Part shown: positions 37,175 through 52,019 of the stretch, piece by piece
How positions within the stretch are numbered: position 1 is the stretch's first letter
Layout of the letters: every line of letters starts with the position of its first letter
Assembly (NCBI GenBank): GCA_010909165.1
Contig: MU008201.1
Span: forward strand, 310,001-374,000
Origin: Anthoceros angustus
Taxonomy: Eukaryota > Plantae > Anthocerotophyta
Direction: 5' to 3'
DNA length: 64,000 bases
Notes under the pieces: generated by a model
The model's database searches: none
What the model saw: only the letters and a program-made list of their open reading frames with translations
What the model was told of the DNA's origin: nothing
Made by a program: the position numbers and the translations under genes

Positions 37175-38687
37175 CACTATCGCACAGAGCTCAAGTGCCG
37201 GAACAACACGAGCGACAACACTTGCAGGACATCGAACAATCATTTGAAAAGTCGCAGGACGGATGGAAACTGGAGGCTCTGGCAGAGCCAGAGCCAGAGA
37301 CTGAGGCCCCCGACTCACGGCAGCTGCTCCAGCCCTAACCTCAGATCATACTGTACATGGCCACAGTCAAGAGCACGGCTGTTTGGCCCAGTCCTCGCAA
37401 GTGGCCAAGTTCCAAACAATTCTGAAGCAGAGCTTCAAATTCCTGTAAGCGTGGCCCTGCAACATGTAAATGTGGCAGGCAAGCACTCTTGACTTCGCGC
37501 ATAAGGAGTTTCAACATGGATGTGGAGGCACCTCGACCTACCTCCATGTCCAGAGCAGCAATGCGCTTCAGCTGTCACAACTAATGTATGTGTGTGAGAG
37601 TAATGTGAGGAGCAGCACCTCCATGAAAATATTCATAGTGTTTCCACATGTATCTATCTCGGTTTCAAAGACTGCGCCCTAAAGCCGGAAAGATAAAAAG
37701 GAATCCTATAACTAATGTGTAAGACTAATGTGTGAGGCAGCACCTCCATGACACAGCAGATAGTGCTGTATCTCAGTTTCAAAGACTGTGCCCAAGAGAT
37801 AAAAGATTCTATAATATATTTTAGGTATGATCATGTCAAGAATTGAAACCATTACCGTTCGGTCATTATATGCAACACAACTAACGAAAACAAAACAGAC
37901 ACACAAATTTATTTGATGTCCACCAAGATTGAACATGCCCCTATGGGACTTGTTCTTCGGGCAACTTGTTTCATGGAGTAAACTAAACTAAGTAACATCA
38001 ACAGAATCAATATACGATATAAAATATATAGTTTTTGAGGATTGACAAACCCAACTTGGAATGGGGCATATACGCCCTCTTATTTTCATAGGCCTGTGTA
38101 CTAGGAGAAGAAGAAAAAGGAGTATATTATAATCTACTTGAACGAAATTTTCATGGTTTACTTGGTATTTAATAACTTGTACCATGCTGCTTGTACTAAG
38201 GGCATCTAATCCCTTTAGACATTCCATCTAAGTACAGGTACTTAGATGGGGTGGCACAAAATGCTTGATAACAAAGTTATTTTAAATGTGTGTTCATTTC
38301 CTAAGCCATGTAGCCATGCAAGGCATTGTTATATCCGCTACATTGTCCGGTGCTTGCTTGTGGACAACTATTGTGCTCAAGTTCCATATATCCTATTCCA
38401 AGTTCCACATATATGCAAGACTCACTTACATATGAACAAATTTTTTTGAGGGAAAGAAAGGATGGAAGACCTAGAGTGTAGTGTAAGATGACACAAAATA
38501 CAAAATTTATTTTGAAGATATTTTATTTATATGAATAGAAAGAGGATGTGATGTTGATGGAAATGGTCATGGGTCAGTCCATGAAAGTACATAGCGCTAG
38601 CGCCCACCAAGCACCAAGCCTGTTGTGTGCATACAACTAAGTTGAACGCCAAACTGTTCTCAAAAGCGTTCTTTGTGTTGGATTGAA

Positions 38688-39371
38688 TCACTTCTGCGCT
38701 TTCTCAAGAAGACGCACGGTCTTATCGTCGATCCCGAAGGTCTGGGCGAGCACGTCGCTGGAGATGGGCTGAGGAGAGGCAGCGAAGAGCGCCTTGGCCG
38801 CCTGCTGGACCCCGGGTTCTGGCTGCTGAGCGCGGCGATGGCCCAGGCCTTCCCGTACCCGGTGTTCTTCTGGAAGTGGAGGAGGCCGCGGGGGAAGACG
38901 AACAGATCGCCGGCATTCAGCGTCGTCTGGTACAGCACGTTGGCGTTGGACGACACGAAACCCACCTCCAAAGTCCCTCCACCAGGAACAGCAGCTCGGT
39001 GGCGCGCGGGTGGACGTGCGGCGGGTTCAGCCCCGGCGGCGAAGTCGATCCTGGCAGCCGAGATCCCCAGCGTGTTCAGCCCCGGGAACTGGACTGCGGA
39101 CGCCGGCGTCACCGCCGCCTTGTTGGCGTTGTTGGTGTTCCCGGGGTCGCCAGAACCGGGACTTGAAGTCCTCCGATACCGTGTCCTTGGCTGCCTTGCA
39201 CGGGAAGCCGTTGATGGTGGGCGAGCCGGCCGGGAGGCCCACGCAGAAGTCCTGAAGCGGGTCCTCGTCTGCTGCCGACGCGATGGGGAGCGCTGCGGCG
39301 TAGATCGCGGCCATGGCCAGGATGGCGAAGGCCAGGCGCCTCGTTGCGAGATGGGTGTCACGTCCCGCCAT
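38688..39371 (-). CDS. Germin-like protein, type A copy 2
   Basis: Near-identical to 12488-13173 (AASPQ/DDKTV type). Frameshifts in homopolymers. Confidence 0.88.
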
Positions 39372-40069
39372 TGCGATGATGAGTCTAGAGGAGAGTGTTG
39401 GTGGTGATGGGTTGCACCAAAGAGAGCTGGGAGGTGGGATTATCTATGCTGCGAGCGCCGGAGGCGGATGTGCGGGTTTGCGGATGTGACAATGTGGAGG
39501 TGGTGAGGAGAGCGATGGAGGATTGTGGGTTTTATACCCTGGCTTGGAGGAGTAGGAATGTGGGGCTGCGCGGCTAGTGGAGACTGACCCGCTTTGCAGA
39601 CGAAATGGAGACCGCGTCAGTCGACCCGGCCATGACCCACTGGGTTGTCCTGTGATTACACGTCTTGCTTACACAACTGACTTGACCGGGCGCGCAGTTC
39701 CTAAATATCGGGCCATCTGGATAGATTAGTCTTTCGGAAGTGCAACGTACTTCTGCACCTTGCCAATCGCGTCTCAGAACTGCATCGGGCATGTTAAACT
39801 GATCCATACAAACTTACAGGAAACAAGTATGTGCATGTAGCGTCAAGTCGATGGAAACCCTGAGTCAAAGATGTCCGATCCGTGGTCTCTTCGATGCACG
39901 GTGTCTAGGAGTCCCAGCAGCACCTGAGCTGCATCTTAGAGACGTTTGGACCTGAATCACCTCAAAGAATATACCAAACACTCTCTGAAACGATTCCCGA
40001 AGTTCACCATGTACGTACACTCTGTGGCAGCTTCCCGGGTACGAAAGTGCCTCAGTCTTTCATAGCACT

Positions 40070-41152
40070 ATAAAGATGAAGGGCTTCCTGACCCATGCCT
40101 TGCTGGGAATATCATGCTATCACGTTACCACATCTTTTTGAACAAGTCCGTCAAACAGTTTCTGAGCCATCTTTTTGAACAAGTCCGTCAAACAGTTTCT
40201 GAGCATCTTCCAAGCTGCCACACTTTTGCATACATGTCTACCAATCTCTTGGCTACAAACACATCAGGTTGATGTCCTTGTTCTCTAATTTTGTATATTA
40301 GCTGTTTCCCCGTCTCCAGAGCCGGGTTGCCGATACTTGCACATTATCAAGCCCTGCAGATCTATCCCATGCCCTATAAGTACTGGCTTTCAGCCATGAA
40401 CGTCTCAGCAGGTGTCCTGACCGTGTCACAGTTTTGATTAGCCCCTCGAGATAGTCCAGATGAGCCCTGGCTCTTGCTCAGCTTCTTGCTGATCTGAGCT
40501 ACTCATCATCGCCACTGACACTGCATTATGACAACCCTTTCGCCCTACAGACCTTCTTAAACCCATTGTCACACATCTGCTATACCCGATGCTACCACAT
40601 TTGCCTCTCCTGTAGGCATGTGCATGGGTGGGCGAATCAGTTCTGGAGAAAGGGAAAGAGCTACACGGACAGATTGGAGAACGAGGACTTCAGGCGCATG
40701 AAGTTCGACGTTGCAGCCTGCCAAACATGTTTGTCGACTGTGGCAGCTTAGTAGACGCGCAACTTGTGTTTGATGGGTTTGCGATCGACGGACTTAGTCC
40801 AAAACGTGCTGACATGGAATGCCATGATAGGAGGTTATCCACAGGAGGGAATGGGGAAGGAAACCCTTTCTCACATGGCAATGCAAGAAGAAGGGTTGGT
40901 CGCACCTAATTCTGTGACGTTTGTGTGCCTCCTGCACTATGCGCAAGTGTGCCAGCTTTGGGTCTCTGGCCAGTTTGGCACACATGTGTGCAAAGTATGG
41001 CAGCTTGCAAGACACACATTGTTCTATGGTGTCGGTAAGAAAGACGTCATGATGTGGAACGCCATGATTGCAGGTATTCCCGTCAGGCATGGGGCAGGAA
41101 GCATTTGGCCTCTACATGCCTGTGCAAATGTGGCAGCTTTGCATTTGGGAAG
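40070..41152. pseudogene. PPR fragments (- strand 40070-40360; + strand 40600-41152)
   Basis: Copy of 13870-14968 with the same LTR breakpoint. Confidence 0.8.
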
Positions 41153-44100
41153 TGTGGAACACCGAATTTTGGGTCCACAGAAGAGAGGCGGATGCCTCCT
41201 AATTTTGTTCATATTAGCTAGGTTTTCTTTTTCTTTTTTTTCTTTTTCTCATCAAGAGATTGCTGATGGGAAGACAGCAACGAGAAGTTGCCAGCTGAGA
41301 AGTGGGAGGCAGGATGGCGGTTCCCGGCGGGCGGATGGGCATGTAAAACCGGACCTAAAGGAATGGTCCAACGCTAGTCGGACGGAGGCTGGTCGAGGAG
41401 GGTCGGGAAAGCTTATGCGAGGGACAGTTCAAGTCCGAACAGTGCCGAGGGGTTGGTACGAGCCTAGGAGGCGGCAAATCACTCCCGCATGACCATGCAG
41501 CGGGGTAAGTTCTACTCAATCAAGGGCGCGCAAGGAGATTTTCGCGCGAGGCAGACGGTAGCGAGAGGAAGGAAAGGGGCAAGAGGAGCAAGGAGGGAGC
41601 GCATGCAAGACATATATAGAGGAATCGTCCTTGGCGCTTGGAGGAGGAAAATCGGGTTGTCCTTGGCCTTTGGCAAATTTCGGACAGGCTGAAGATTGGG
41701 GCCAGTGTTTTAGGACTATGACGTGGCGTGGTGATCCTTGTGCATGGCCCTCAATTTTTCTTTCCTTGGCCTTTGGTAGTTGGAGGATAGCTGAGATTTT
41801 CCTTGGCCTTTGGTGGTTGAGGAATCGCTAACGTTTTGCTAATGGAGGGAAGAGTCCTTGGCCTTTGGACAATAAGGGTCTTGTCCTTGGCCTTTGGGGT
41901 TTGGAAAATTCCCATCCAGATATAAGGAAGTAGTCGACGATGATCACCATTTTGGGCTGATAGGAAGGATCGGAGGAGCGGCAGAGGCATGTCGCCAGCA
42001 GTGTCCGAAACACTTAGCCGAATTTTGGAGGAGAAGTCAGACTGTCCAGCAGGAGAAACGGAGGAGATGAAGACGCGCAATAGTCTTGGAGGAGTGCGCA
42101 AGCCGTCCAGCAGCAAGGAGGGAGCGGCCCTGTCGGCAAAGGAGAAGAAGAAGGAGAAGTCTGTGAAGGAGAAACCCGAGAAAGACCAGGCCGAGAAGGA
42201 GGGGCCAGGGTTTCTATGTTTCAGCGTGCAAGTCTCCACGAGAGACTTGTGGGATTTTCTGATGAAAGCGACAACGTCTGCAACGGTGGGCTTCGATGAG
42301 CCTTTGGGCCTATTCTAATGTGGAATTGGTTGAGTCTTGCTACAAGCATCTTGAACTCACGGAGGAAGAAACGGAGAACATGGAGGAAAGGAACGTGCGG
42401 ATAGATCCGAAGGATGGTATCGACATTCGTAAGGTATATATGGGAGGAGAGGCGCAAGTGATGGTGTGGCTCCCGAGAGGAATGAAGATGGAAAAAGAGC
42501 AGTAGTGGCTGACCTTCCCGAGGAAGCTCTCAGCATGCTCATCGGAGGGGTGGGCCGCGAAAGCCGAATGGAGGAGGAGATAAGATTGCTGACCTCAAGT
42601 GGAAGCTTTTTACAAGGATAGTGTTGGGGCTGACTTGCTGTCAGCGAACCACCTACTTCAGTGCGTTCTTTCATTTTATGTGGAAGTTGAAGCAAGGAGC
42701 TCAGCCTGACTGGGGGACAGCCATGCTGACGGCCTATGAGCATCATCGAGACAAGCTGCTGAGGCCAAACATCGTGGACAATGAACGAGCAAGACACAGC
42801 CATTTGAGCACTTACCTGGTGCAGTTGTGGGCGGCACATGGGTTACTCACAGAAGAGGAGCTGGAGGAGTCTTACCAGCTGTTTGAAGTAGTCGCTCTGC
42901 CGGGCAGTGCAGGGGTCCCTCTCCAAAAGAAGCGTTAAGGAGGAGGAACCCAAGGTGGAGCAAGGGAGTGCTTCACCTCAGGTGGTGATCTTGGATGATG
43001 AGACCACCCCGGCGTCGCCAAGGAAGGAGAAGTGTCGTCCAGGAGGAGTGGCACAAAAGGAAGAGGTGGCAGTGCCACCAAGTGTACAGGAGGCAACCCC
43101 CATGGAGCAGGATGGTGGAACTAACCCACCCCAGGAAATAACAGAGTCACAGGAGTCCCACCCAACATCACTCGATCGGGAGGCGGAGGCGCCCAGCGGG
43201 AAAAGGCACTCGGACTCGATCCTGAGGGGATGAGAAAACTAAGGCTTTGAAGGATCTGTGACCATCATCGTGACTAATTGACACTACTAGAAGCAGCCTT
43301 GCGGAGTAGAGGTTGGAGGTGAGATCATCGTGACAGTAGGCGATTGCCCTGATCAGTGGGGAGAAGGATAGCAAAGCTATCAAGGAGATGGCGCGGCGAA
43401 GGCGCCTAGTTGACTGGAGAAGGTTGGGGCTCAAGATTGAAGAGCGGTGAGACAAGAAAGTAGGGGAGGCGTGTAAAGAGTGGCCACCCTCAATTAGAAA
43501 ATTGAGGAGGCATCCGATGTGGGAAGGAGTGGCGTGAACTCATTGCCAGTGAGAAGAAGCGAATGGGGATGCATCAAGAGGCATCTGGAGGAGGTCGTGG
43601 TGCCCAAGCCAAGAATAAAGGCGGAGACCAAGCTCAAGGAGCCTGGAGGAAGGAGCCACTTGGAGTGAGGAACGTGAGGAGCTCACAAAGCAAGCAACAA
43701 AGGCGACCAACGGTGGAAGGAAGAGGTGGCCCATCATGCATCGCATCTGGTCATCAGAAACAACGCGCTTCGGTGACTGCTCTTGGCAGGGGATACCGGA
43801 GGTATGGAAGGGAGATGCGGCCGAGAATGTTACCTTGCCCCTTGAGTGAGGTGGGTAGCAAAGCATCCCTCTCGAGTGTCACCTCTCGAGGGTCAACAAG
43901 CTCGCCAGGAGATGCGCTCCTTGTTGACAAGGAAGTTCTTTGGGTCCCCATGATGGAGGGAGATTTTGGAGGAATTGCGACCAGCCGGTCAGACTGGAGA
44001 GTGAAATGGATGCAAGGCTCGGTTTGGGAGGAGCCAATGGAGGAAGAGGTTTCAGGGGTTGGTGGGTGTCTGTGAGACGAGTTGCACTAACACCCAACCG

Positions 44101-45945
44101 CCTTGAAGTGCGGCGGTGGCAGACAGTTTACTGAGGCCGGTGCCTTTGCAAGAGCGCCTACGAGAGGCGGCGTTCTAACATCAACAACTAAGCGCCGCCA
44201 AGCAGATGTGAAGGCTCCTGTCGGCGGGAGAGGGAAGAGAAAGATCCCGCGAAGAGAAGGAAGAGCGGTGGCGGCGCACGCCCGAAGAAGTAGGAAAGCA
44301 GTTGGTAGGGGAGTGAAGGGTCATCAAGACCCATAGGGGTTAGTGGGATTGTTAGGAGGGTAGGTTAAGAACCTTTGAGGCCACCTACTTGAAACCAGCA
44401 AAGCAACCCCATGCACCCCGCACTTAATTAATGCTAGGGTTTGGGGAGTTCCTACAAGAGGGGAGGAGCTCCCATGATGAAATGTCATGCCTTGCCTCGA
44501 CCTATGTGTGCTTGTTTGCTATGGCGTGCGTCTTGCGTGTGAGGGGTGCATGGTGTCTAGTAGGGTCTTGAGGTGCGGTGACTGTAAGGCCGGGCCCAAG
44601 CCTTTCTTTATTGAGGTAGAAGTATTTGAGGGAGGCGTTGTGGTTGCGGCGGTCGTCAGGCTGTGTAGGCATACCCGGCGTCAGGGGTCGCCCATGTCAC
44701 CACATTCTTTGTATTGGCCATGATTAAACATGGAGAACATCAAGCACGAGAATGCTCGTATCACAAAGTGCTTAAGAATCAAATTTATGAGTGTGTGGCG
44801 CGACTTTCTGACGGTAAGGCGCACAATCCCGTGTCGATGTAGTAAGGGTCCGTTCCCAAAGGGAATGATTGGTTCCGTTTGCACGCGTCGCGGACCGATT
44901 CTCGCCGTCGGCTTTATCGAGACCTCAACGCAATCGTTTCACTCATAATAGTCTTAAGCGTCCAAGCGGGCGTGGCGACGCGTTTAAGGACTCGTTCGTC
45001 CGTTTCCTGCCCGTCTCGTCCTATGTCTCGTCTGGTCAGTCCCTCTACCGCTCACTAAGCACGCGTTACGCTTGGGAAATCGTGGGTGGGTTTTGCCCGA
45101 CCTCCGCCGCTTCAACGGGCCTCTCGTCCGGCTCGCACGCCCTCGGAGTTCTCACACGTTCCGCTCGCCCGATGCCTCCCCCGGGAAGAGCAAGGTCCCT
45201 GATCGTCGCTCCGCACATCACCACACGTTAGTCCATCACCGGGACGTGGACTGCCTCCGGGGGTTCTTGCCGCTTGACTCGGGACTCGTGCTAGCAAAGG
45301 ACACAAAAGGGTGCAAAGAGCCAGTATTAACCCCAAAGAAAGATGCTTTACTGGCCTCGCCTCTTATACTACGAGGAGGCGTCTTTATTACACTCCTATC
45401 CCGAGTGATGTCCAGCCTCGGTGTGCCTAGCCCTGACCTACTATTTCCTTAGCCCACCCATCTTCGCTCTGGGGTGGGTGGGTGCCCATGATTCCGCCTG
45501 GCGGCCCAATCAGCTGCAGCGGCGCACCAATCGGATGATCCATGGCCCTCCTCATCCCGAGACTCAGCCGAGCTACATGACGACGGCAGACGGACCCAAG
45601 TGTTCCTCTTGCCTCTTAACTGGTCCAGCACTGGTCCTGGGTCCAGGCAGTGCTGGGTGGGGGCGGTCCCCTTTCCACCTCCCTGGACCTTGGGGCTGCT
45701 TCAGTCCGGACCTGGGTCCGATCTCGATTCCGGGGTGCGGACCTCGGGTCGCCGGGTCTCGACCGGATCGGGTCCGGTCTCGATTCCGAGTCCGGACCTC
45801 GGGGTCCGGTCTCGGAGTCCGGACCTCGAGTCCGGTCTCGATTCGAGTCCGGACCTCCGGTCCGTCGGGTTCCTGGACACCCTCGCCCGAGCATTCTCCG
45901 GGTCCGCCTTCACCCACCGGACCCGCTTGGATCCCTTGGACATCA
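41153..45945. mobile_element. Copy 2 of the gypsy-like fragment (41153-44667) and LTR-like piece (44721-45945)
   Basis: Colinear with 14969-20245 but with many more indels. Confidence 0.65.
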
Positions 45946-46499
45946 CACTGTCGCGCAGGCTCGTGCGTAACAAAACGAGCGACAAACAACGCCTGCTTTG
46001 AAAGGGTTTCTCTGTCAAAGGGTTTTGGAAAAATCCCAACCCTATTCCAAAAATTGGCTGGTTGGTTTTGTTGAGTTTTGTAGGTGTTGATCCATCGGAT
46101 TCGGGCATTCTCGGCTCGACTTCTGTCGTCATTTACCGGTGGCGCCTTGCACTCGGGTTCATGGATATGTCGGTGTGATGAAGGGGCTGTGAGAATTCTT
46201 CCATAATTTCGGCATGTTAGTTGTTTCTGCAATTTGTGTGGTTCTGTATGGTTTTGTATACGTGGGGCTAGGCGTAAGTGCTTAAACAAGGGTATGCGCA
46301 AACTTGTGCGCGCACATATCAAAACAGTGCGAAACATATCATTCGAGAAATATGTCTTCTTGGAGGTGATGTGGCGGAAGCCGGCGACATAAGTTGCACA
46401 AATTCGCGTCCACATGACACACCTCATCTATCTATCCTATGCCCTAAAGCTAGAAGATACCCTATCTATCTATCCTCCTCTATCCTCTAAAGCTACGTG

Positions 46500-49400
46500 T
46501 CCCTATCACCTTTCTATCCTCTACGGTGTTTAGTCTCCTTCGAGTGACCTTGTCGGATCATCATCAAACATGCCTTCAAAAGCACCGATGGCCGTCCGGT
46601 TCCCTCTGCCGCGGGTTCTTGTTGCGATTGGTGCGGCCGGAAGTCGGATGTCTATCATCGCGCTTGTACTACACCACCCTTATTTATTTTCATCCAAATC
46701 ATCTTCCTCCTCTCCTCTGGTGGTGGTTTGCCATTATCTTCAACCCTACCTTCTTCCACGGTGGTAGATGTTGAAGTTCGAATAGCTTTGTCTTGATAAG
46801 CTCACGTATGCGGACTTGTAGAGTGCTATCCCTTGCAAAGGAGAACCCAGTATGCCAAAATAAATGTCTCCGATATCAGCAGATCCGGTGCTTGGGTCGC
46901 TTCCTCCGTTATGCAAACCCTCTCTATCATTGTGTGGAGCCAATATCTCCTCTGGTAGGTACCTTCCCTCAAAGCGCATTGCTATTCTCTGTCACCCACC
47001 GGACAACTAGGTAAGGTTCGTCACATAAGAAATCCAAGTCTTCGACCGCAATCCAAAAGGCTGTTCGCGATCTCACATGGGATGCAATCATATGGCCTCG
47101 TCGATCTCGGACACATCCCATCGAATCTCGCCAACTCGATGGGCTGCGGCCTAAAATTCCGATACATGGCGTTTCGGTTTGGCTGGGCCGGAATGACAAA
47201 GACATCTGGAGCGTCGATGGGATTTAAGTTCCTCGGCCCTCGTCCCTGTACCACTCCCATGCTTTTGAAGATCTCGATGGACTCCTCCTCGATTTTGTCG
47301 CAAATATGTGATGCCAAACGAGTTCCACCATACTTTGTCTTCCGATAGATATTTTTGCATCGGTTCTTGAGGGCTTTCCTAATGGCTCTCAATGATTTAT
47401 GCTGCGTCGCGGTTTTGCTGAAGTGGACATAAAGGCGCTCCCCTTATCTCTGTTGGTATTCTCAAGGAACTCCAAACCCTCAACGGTTCCCAATGAGTAG
47501 TGAAAGTGCCTTGCCACGAAGAAGTATTACGTGGCTCCATGACTCTTTCTTCCCTTGAAATTTTGAATTGATGATAACTATGATTGTGCAAATTCTTACG
47601 CATCTCGTGTCCCTCTTTACCCATCCCATTGGGCGGACAAAGCTCACGAAATCGGCCACCTCGGAAACCATTTTCACTTGGATTGGGTGTATAAGCACGA
47701 TGAATCAAACTCATAAGGGTTTCGAGTGACATTGCTTTTTGTGCACGAGACTTTTAGAAAAGCATGAGAACATTTGATCAAGCTGCATCATGCGTGTGCG
47801 ACAAGAAGGAAGCCCACCTTCACCTTATCGAAGACCGCTTCTCGACAAGCATACTCAAGTATGCAAACAACAACATATTCTTGTTTTCTCGGCCGTGTTG
47901 TCCAGTTGCAAGTAAAACGTCTTGAGAACCATCTCATATGTGAGAATAACATCACGGATGATATGAATAGTTAAGTTGGCGTCGTTCGAATATTCGGAAG
48001 TTCACAAACACCACGGTCTTCATAATGTTGTTGTATACCAAACAACCCACAACATGGACCCATGAGACCATCGCAAAATCCTTTGGAGGCGGGAAAATGT
48101 GGAGCTCGTCTTGCTTTGGTCCATCCGTCTATCGCCATTCCAATGTATTTGCTCGGTTGGCCTTTACACTTCAAGCGATGTTTTGCAAGTTTTAGTCGCT
48201 TGATCGCCGATCGATGTTCACGAAGTCTTGCTCATGGACCTCATCACGAAAAAATGGATCACTGGGTTTTCCTTGGTGCGCCGCTGCATGGACCCATGGA
48301 CCCGCGCACGTCGCGCTGTGCGCGTGCGCGCAGCAGCGCACAGCGTGCGGCGCTGCTGCACGCCGTCGGCGCGCGTGCGCGCACTCGCGCGCAGTGCCCG
48401 CCGCCGTCGCGCGCAGCGCGCTCCACTCGTGGGCGCGCGCGCATCAGCGCCATTGCGCGCGCGTCGCGCACCCCATGTTCGCGCCTGCGCGCACCACATG
48501 TGTGCTGCGCGCGCATGCGCGCACGTGTGCGCGCCGCACGCGCAGGCGAGCGGCGAGTGCTCATGATTCCATGGAAGTCAAAACGAAAACTCGGGATATA
48601 AAATACCTTGTTCTTGTCGGTTGCTGGTCATCTCGATGGCTGTCTTCAACGTTTCGCATTGGACGCATTTTGAAAAACGGCTACATTTTGGTATCTTCAC
48701 TTTTGGAAAATGTTTCTTCCACAAAGCACAGAAGTGAGAATGAGAGACGTTAGTCAAACCAGCTCTTGAAACCTCTCGTTTGTAGTCCTGGAATATCTCT
48801 CCTTTGGTATATGAATCTGGCAAGTTGAAAATTGAAACATTGGGCATTCGTTAGCTTGAAAAACTTTTCCATCCAAGCAATGCATTCCGAACATGATCTT
48901 GATTTGGGCGTCCTTGGAACTTCAATTCATGACCATGGTGTGTTCGTTAGTACTCTGTTTCAAATGTTCATCGCCATCCAATGCGAACACTTTTAAAACT
49001 TCAAACAACATTGCAACTTTTCTCGGAGAAAATTGAGAACATTGCGACGATGGGGTTGTTCTACCTCGATTCTTCTTTCCAATTCTCGAGGCAATCCCAA
49101 GCGATTCTTCTGAATGAAGACCATGCGTTATGTTCTCAATTGCGACTTCATGGTCCTCTTCAATCTCCGGATAATGTCTACGCTTCGGGCAATGTTCAAT
49201 ACGTGGCGTGGCTCGGCTGGATGCTATTGCCGTGGTGTTCTACGCATCCCTTCCGCAAAATTCCCCATCATTCCGACCTCCTCCATGGGCGATGAAGAAA
49301 CAATTTCGCCATTCCATCTTCACCTCGTTCTAATCTGGATTTGGCGTGGTATCCGAGCTTGGCCTACCTCCTCTCCCTTCAAGCGGAGTTGTATCGATGA

Positions 49401-49640
49401 GAGACCTTGATGCCTTCCATGCTCGGAGTGGTGTCCATGATTGTCACCTTCTCAATCTTCCGACGGCGCGGTCTGAAGGCGGCGTACTGCACAACATCAT
49501 TTTCGTGACCGCCACGCCGCTATGGCCTTCCGCCGCCCGACTTGGACCGCCGAGTAGGATGGAAGCGCTGCATTTCACCACTTCTTCAAAAGCGGTGTCG
49601 CAACTAAGGAAGAAAGCTGCGTATTATGGAGTTTGTCCAT
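46500..49640 (-). CDS. Sola-like/DUF7869-type transposase copy 2 (heavily frameshifted)
   Basis: ORF 48578..48847 (FCALWKKHFPKVKIPKCSRFSKCVQCE), KYIGMAIDG (~48125-48152), FYLQLDNT (~47893-47917), HTHDA.DQMFS (~47765-47800). Confidence 0.8.
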
Positions 49641-52019
49641 CGTGTTTGAACGTTAAAATATGCATACATGATTATGGTGAGTTTAACCCGTTATAGTAGC
49701 CGCCTTAATTACCAAACGTTCTTGAAATAAGGGCTATAAGCAACCTAACCTAACCTTCAACCCGATTAGTTAACCACAGTTAGGCAAGCAGATTTTTGCG
49801 CATAAGATTGTGCCCAGAACCTTCGTGGGTTCTCGTTGGATAAACTTGCTTGGTGTGATTTGATTTCCTTGTGAAGTGAGCAAGAAGCGGTTCGGTGTCG
49901 ACTTGCATGTTCATTGGCGTCATGGACGAGGCATCCCACGTGTTGGGCATGAGCATGTGGTGGCGGTTGAGTGCGCAAAGAAGCAGCGTTCGGTGTCGAC
50001 TTGCAGCGATTGGGCGTTTCGGACACAAGGCATCCTTTTTGAGAGTGTGCGGTGGATCGGCGGTGAGAGCGCCCAAGTGCGGCAAGACCGCGCGTTCTTG
50101 GTGTGCGCACATGTGCATTGGATGGGCTTTCGGCACAAGGCTCGCGTTTGAACATGAGCTTTATTGAATCGGCGGGTGGCGCCCAGTGTGAGAGACCTTC
50201 GGTGGGCGACCTCTTGATTGGAGCGTTTGGGCACAAACCATGCGTTTTGTCTTGAGCGACCGTGCAGTGAAGTCTTCGACCAGTGTGTGCGCCAAAAAGT
50301 GTGACAAAAGGCCTCTGTCCGTTTGTGGCGAGGCGGTCGGTCGCGGTTGGTGCACCGCCTCTTGCTTGCATGCACCCTGCACCTTGGGTATGGTGCTTTT
50401 GTGGTGCATCAACCCATGCTTGTGGTGAGCCTTGGTCTTTGCTTCAGCGGTGTGGTGTGGCACCGGGAGTTCGCGTTGTGAAGAAGGAGCTTGTGAGCCT
50501 TCTATAAAGGAGAAATAGCAGTTTGTGATCTATAATTTGGCTTGTTTCATGAAATGAAGACAACTTCAACATTCCATTCTTTCCGCATGGTCCGGTTGCC
50601 TCCGTTTTCCTCTAATGCTTGGCGTGTGCATCTGCGGTTGAGACATGTCCATCCCACAGTGCGCGTGCAAAAAGCCAACTTTGTAGAACCTCAACCTCGG
50701 CCCAAACCTCCAAAAGCGCAAAGCGAAGCCAATGTCGAAGACGAGCTTAGGAAGAGCGGAGGAGGTTGGGTGGTGGTCATGAACCACCAACATCCGACCA
50801 TCACTGTAAAGTCGACTCTCCTCCCACAAGGAGCATCGATGGGAAGAGTGGCCTTCACAAGGGACATCACGGTGGAGGCCCAAGCAAGGGAGCATCATGC
50901 GGATGACAGGCATCAACATTTTCGATGATATCGGGATTGTGCCGGGGACCACATTGGAGAATCCTTTCTCTGGAGAAAAATGTGTTGGAGATTTGCACAG
51001 ATCTATCGAGCAGGCTCTTGGACAAGGAATGGTGCATCCATGAAGAAGGCGACTCTACAGAGAATTTTGATCCCATCCAGCGCTCGGGTGAGCGGGTATA
51101 TGGATGCGTTGAGGACACGAGAAGATTGTGGTTGGGTACATTCTATGGGCTTGGAAGTATGAAGTCCGTCATGAGAATCAAACTCTTGATATGCACAATG
51201 AGGAGAAGTTCTTTTGAGGAATTCTAACATCATCGCTGCTGGTATTGAGTGCGGACAACTGATTCAAGGCGATGCAATACTCAAGACTGCGAAGTGGACT
51301 TCGCGCCATGACAAGTGACAAGGTATGTGACGAAGAGAATCGACTCATCGGTGCACCATCACCAGTCTTTGGAGATGCATCGGCGCGCTGGCTGCAGTCC
51401 CGAGAACGGTCGCGCCTTGTCGCCGCTGCCTCGCGCATGGGTGCTTGTGCGCGCAGCACAGGCCCGCGCGCAGGCGCCTTGGGCGCGCAGCACCAGCCAT
51501 GCCGCGTGCACAGGTCTCGCGCAGCGCTTGTGCGCGCAGCAGCTCACATGCGCGCGCCGGGCAGCGCACTGTCGCGCGCCACGCGCCGCGCGACGAGCGC
51601 CCAAGTGCGGCGCATGTGCGCATGCTGAGGCACGCAGCATGTGCCCTCCAGCGCGCTGCATGCGCCGAGGACGCGCACATGCGGCGCAGCCGCGCGAGGT
51701 GCCTTGTGCATGCTGCAGTGCGCAGCGTGCGCGCCTTGTGCGTCTGTACGGAGCATGCGCGAGCGGCCGGTGCGGAAGGCGAGGGCGAGCGCCGGTGCTT
51801 TACCGTGTATGTGGATGTTTGGTTGATGCATCGGTTAATGGGCGTGGTTGTCTTTGTAATGAGACATTCGGGACTATCTTTGGCGTTTCTCCAAAAGAAA
51901 TAGTTGGGTTGATGATGATGAAGATGGCGAACAAGCTTGTGAAAGCGATCCTCCGAGATAGCGATGGAGAGGCTAGGAAAAGCGATTCGCAACCACGACC
52001 AAAACCGTCATCACCGCTC

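Larger units (their letters stand above)
11023..37229. repeat. Higher-order tandem repeat copy 1 (~26.2 kb; A unit with insertions + B unit)
   Basis: The anchor CATCGAACAATCATTTGAAAAGTCGCAGG recurs at 11023, 31601, 37230, 57091 and 62758. Content is colinear with 37230-62757. Confidence 0.95.
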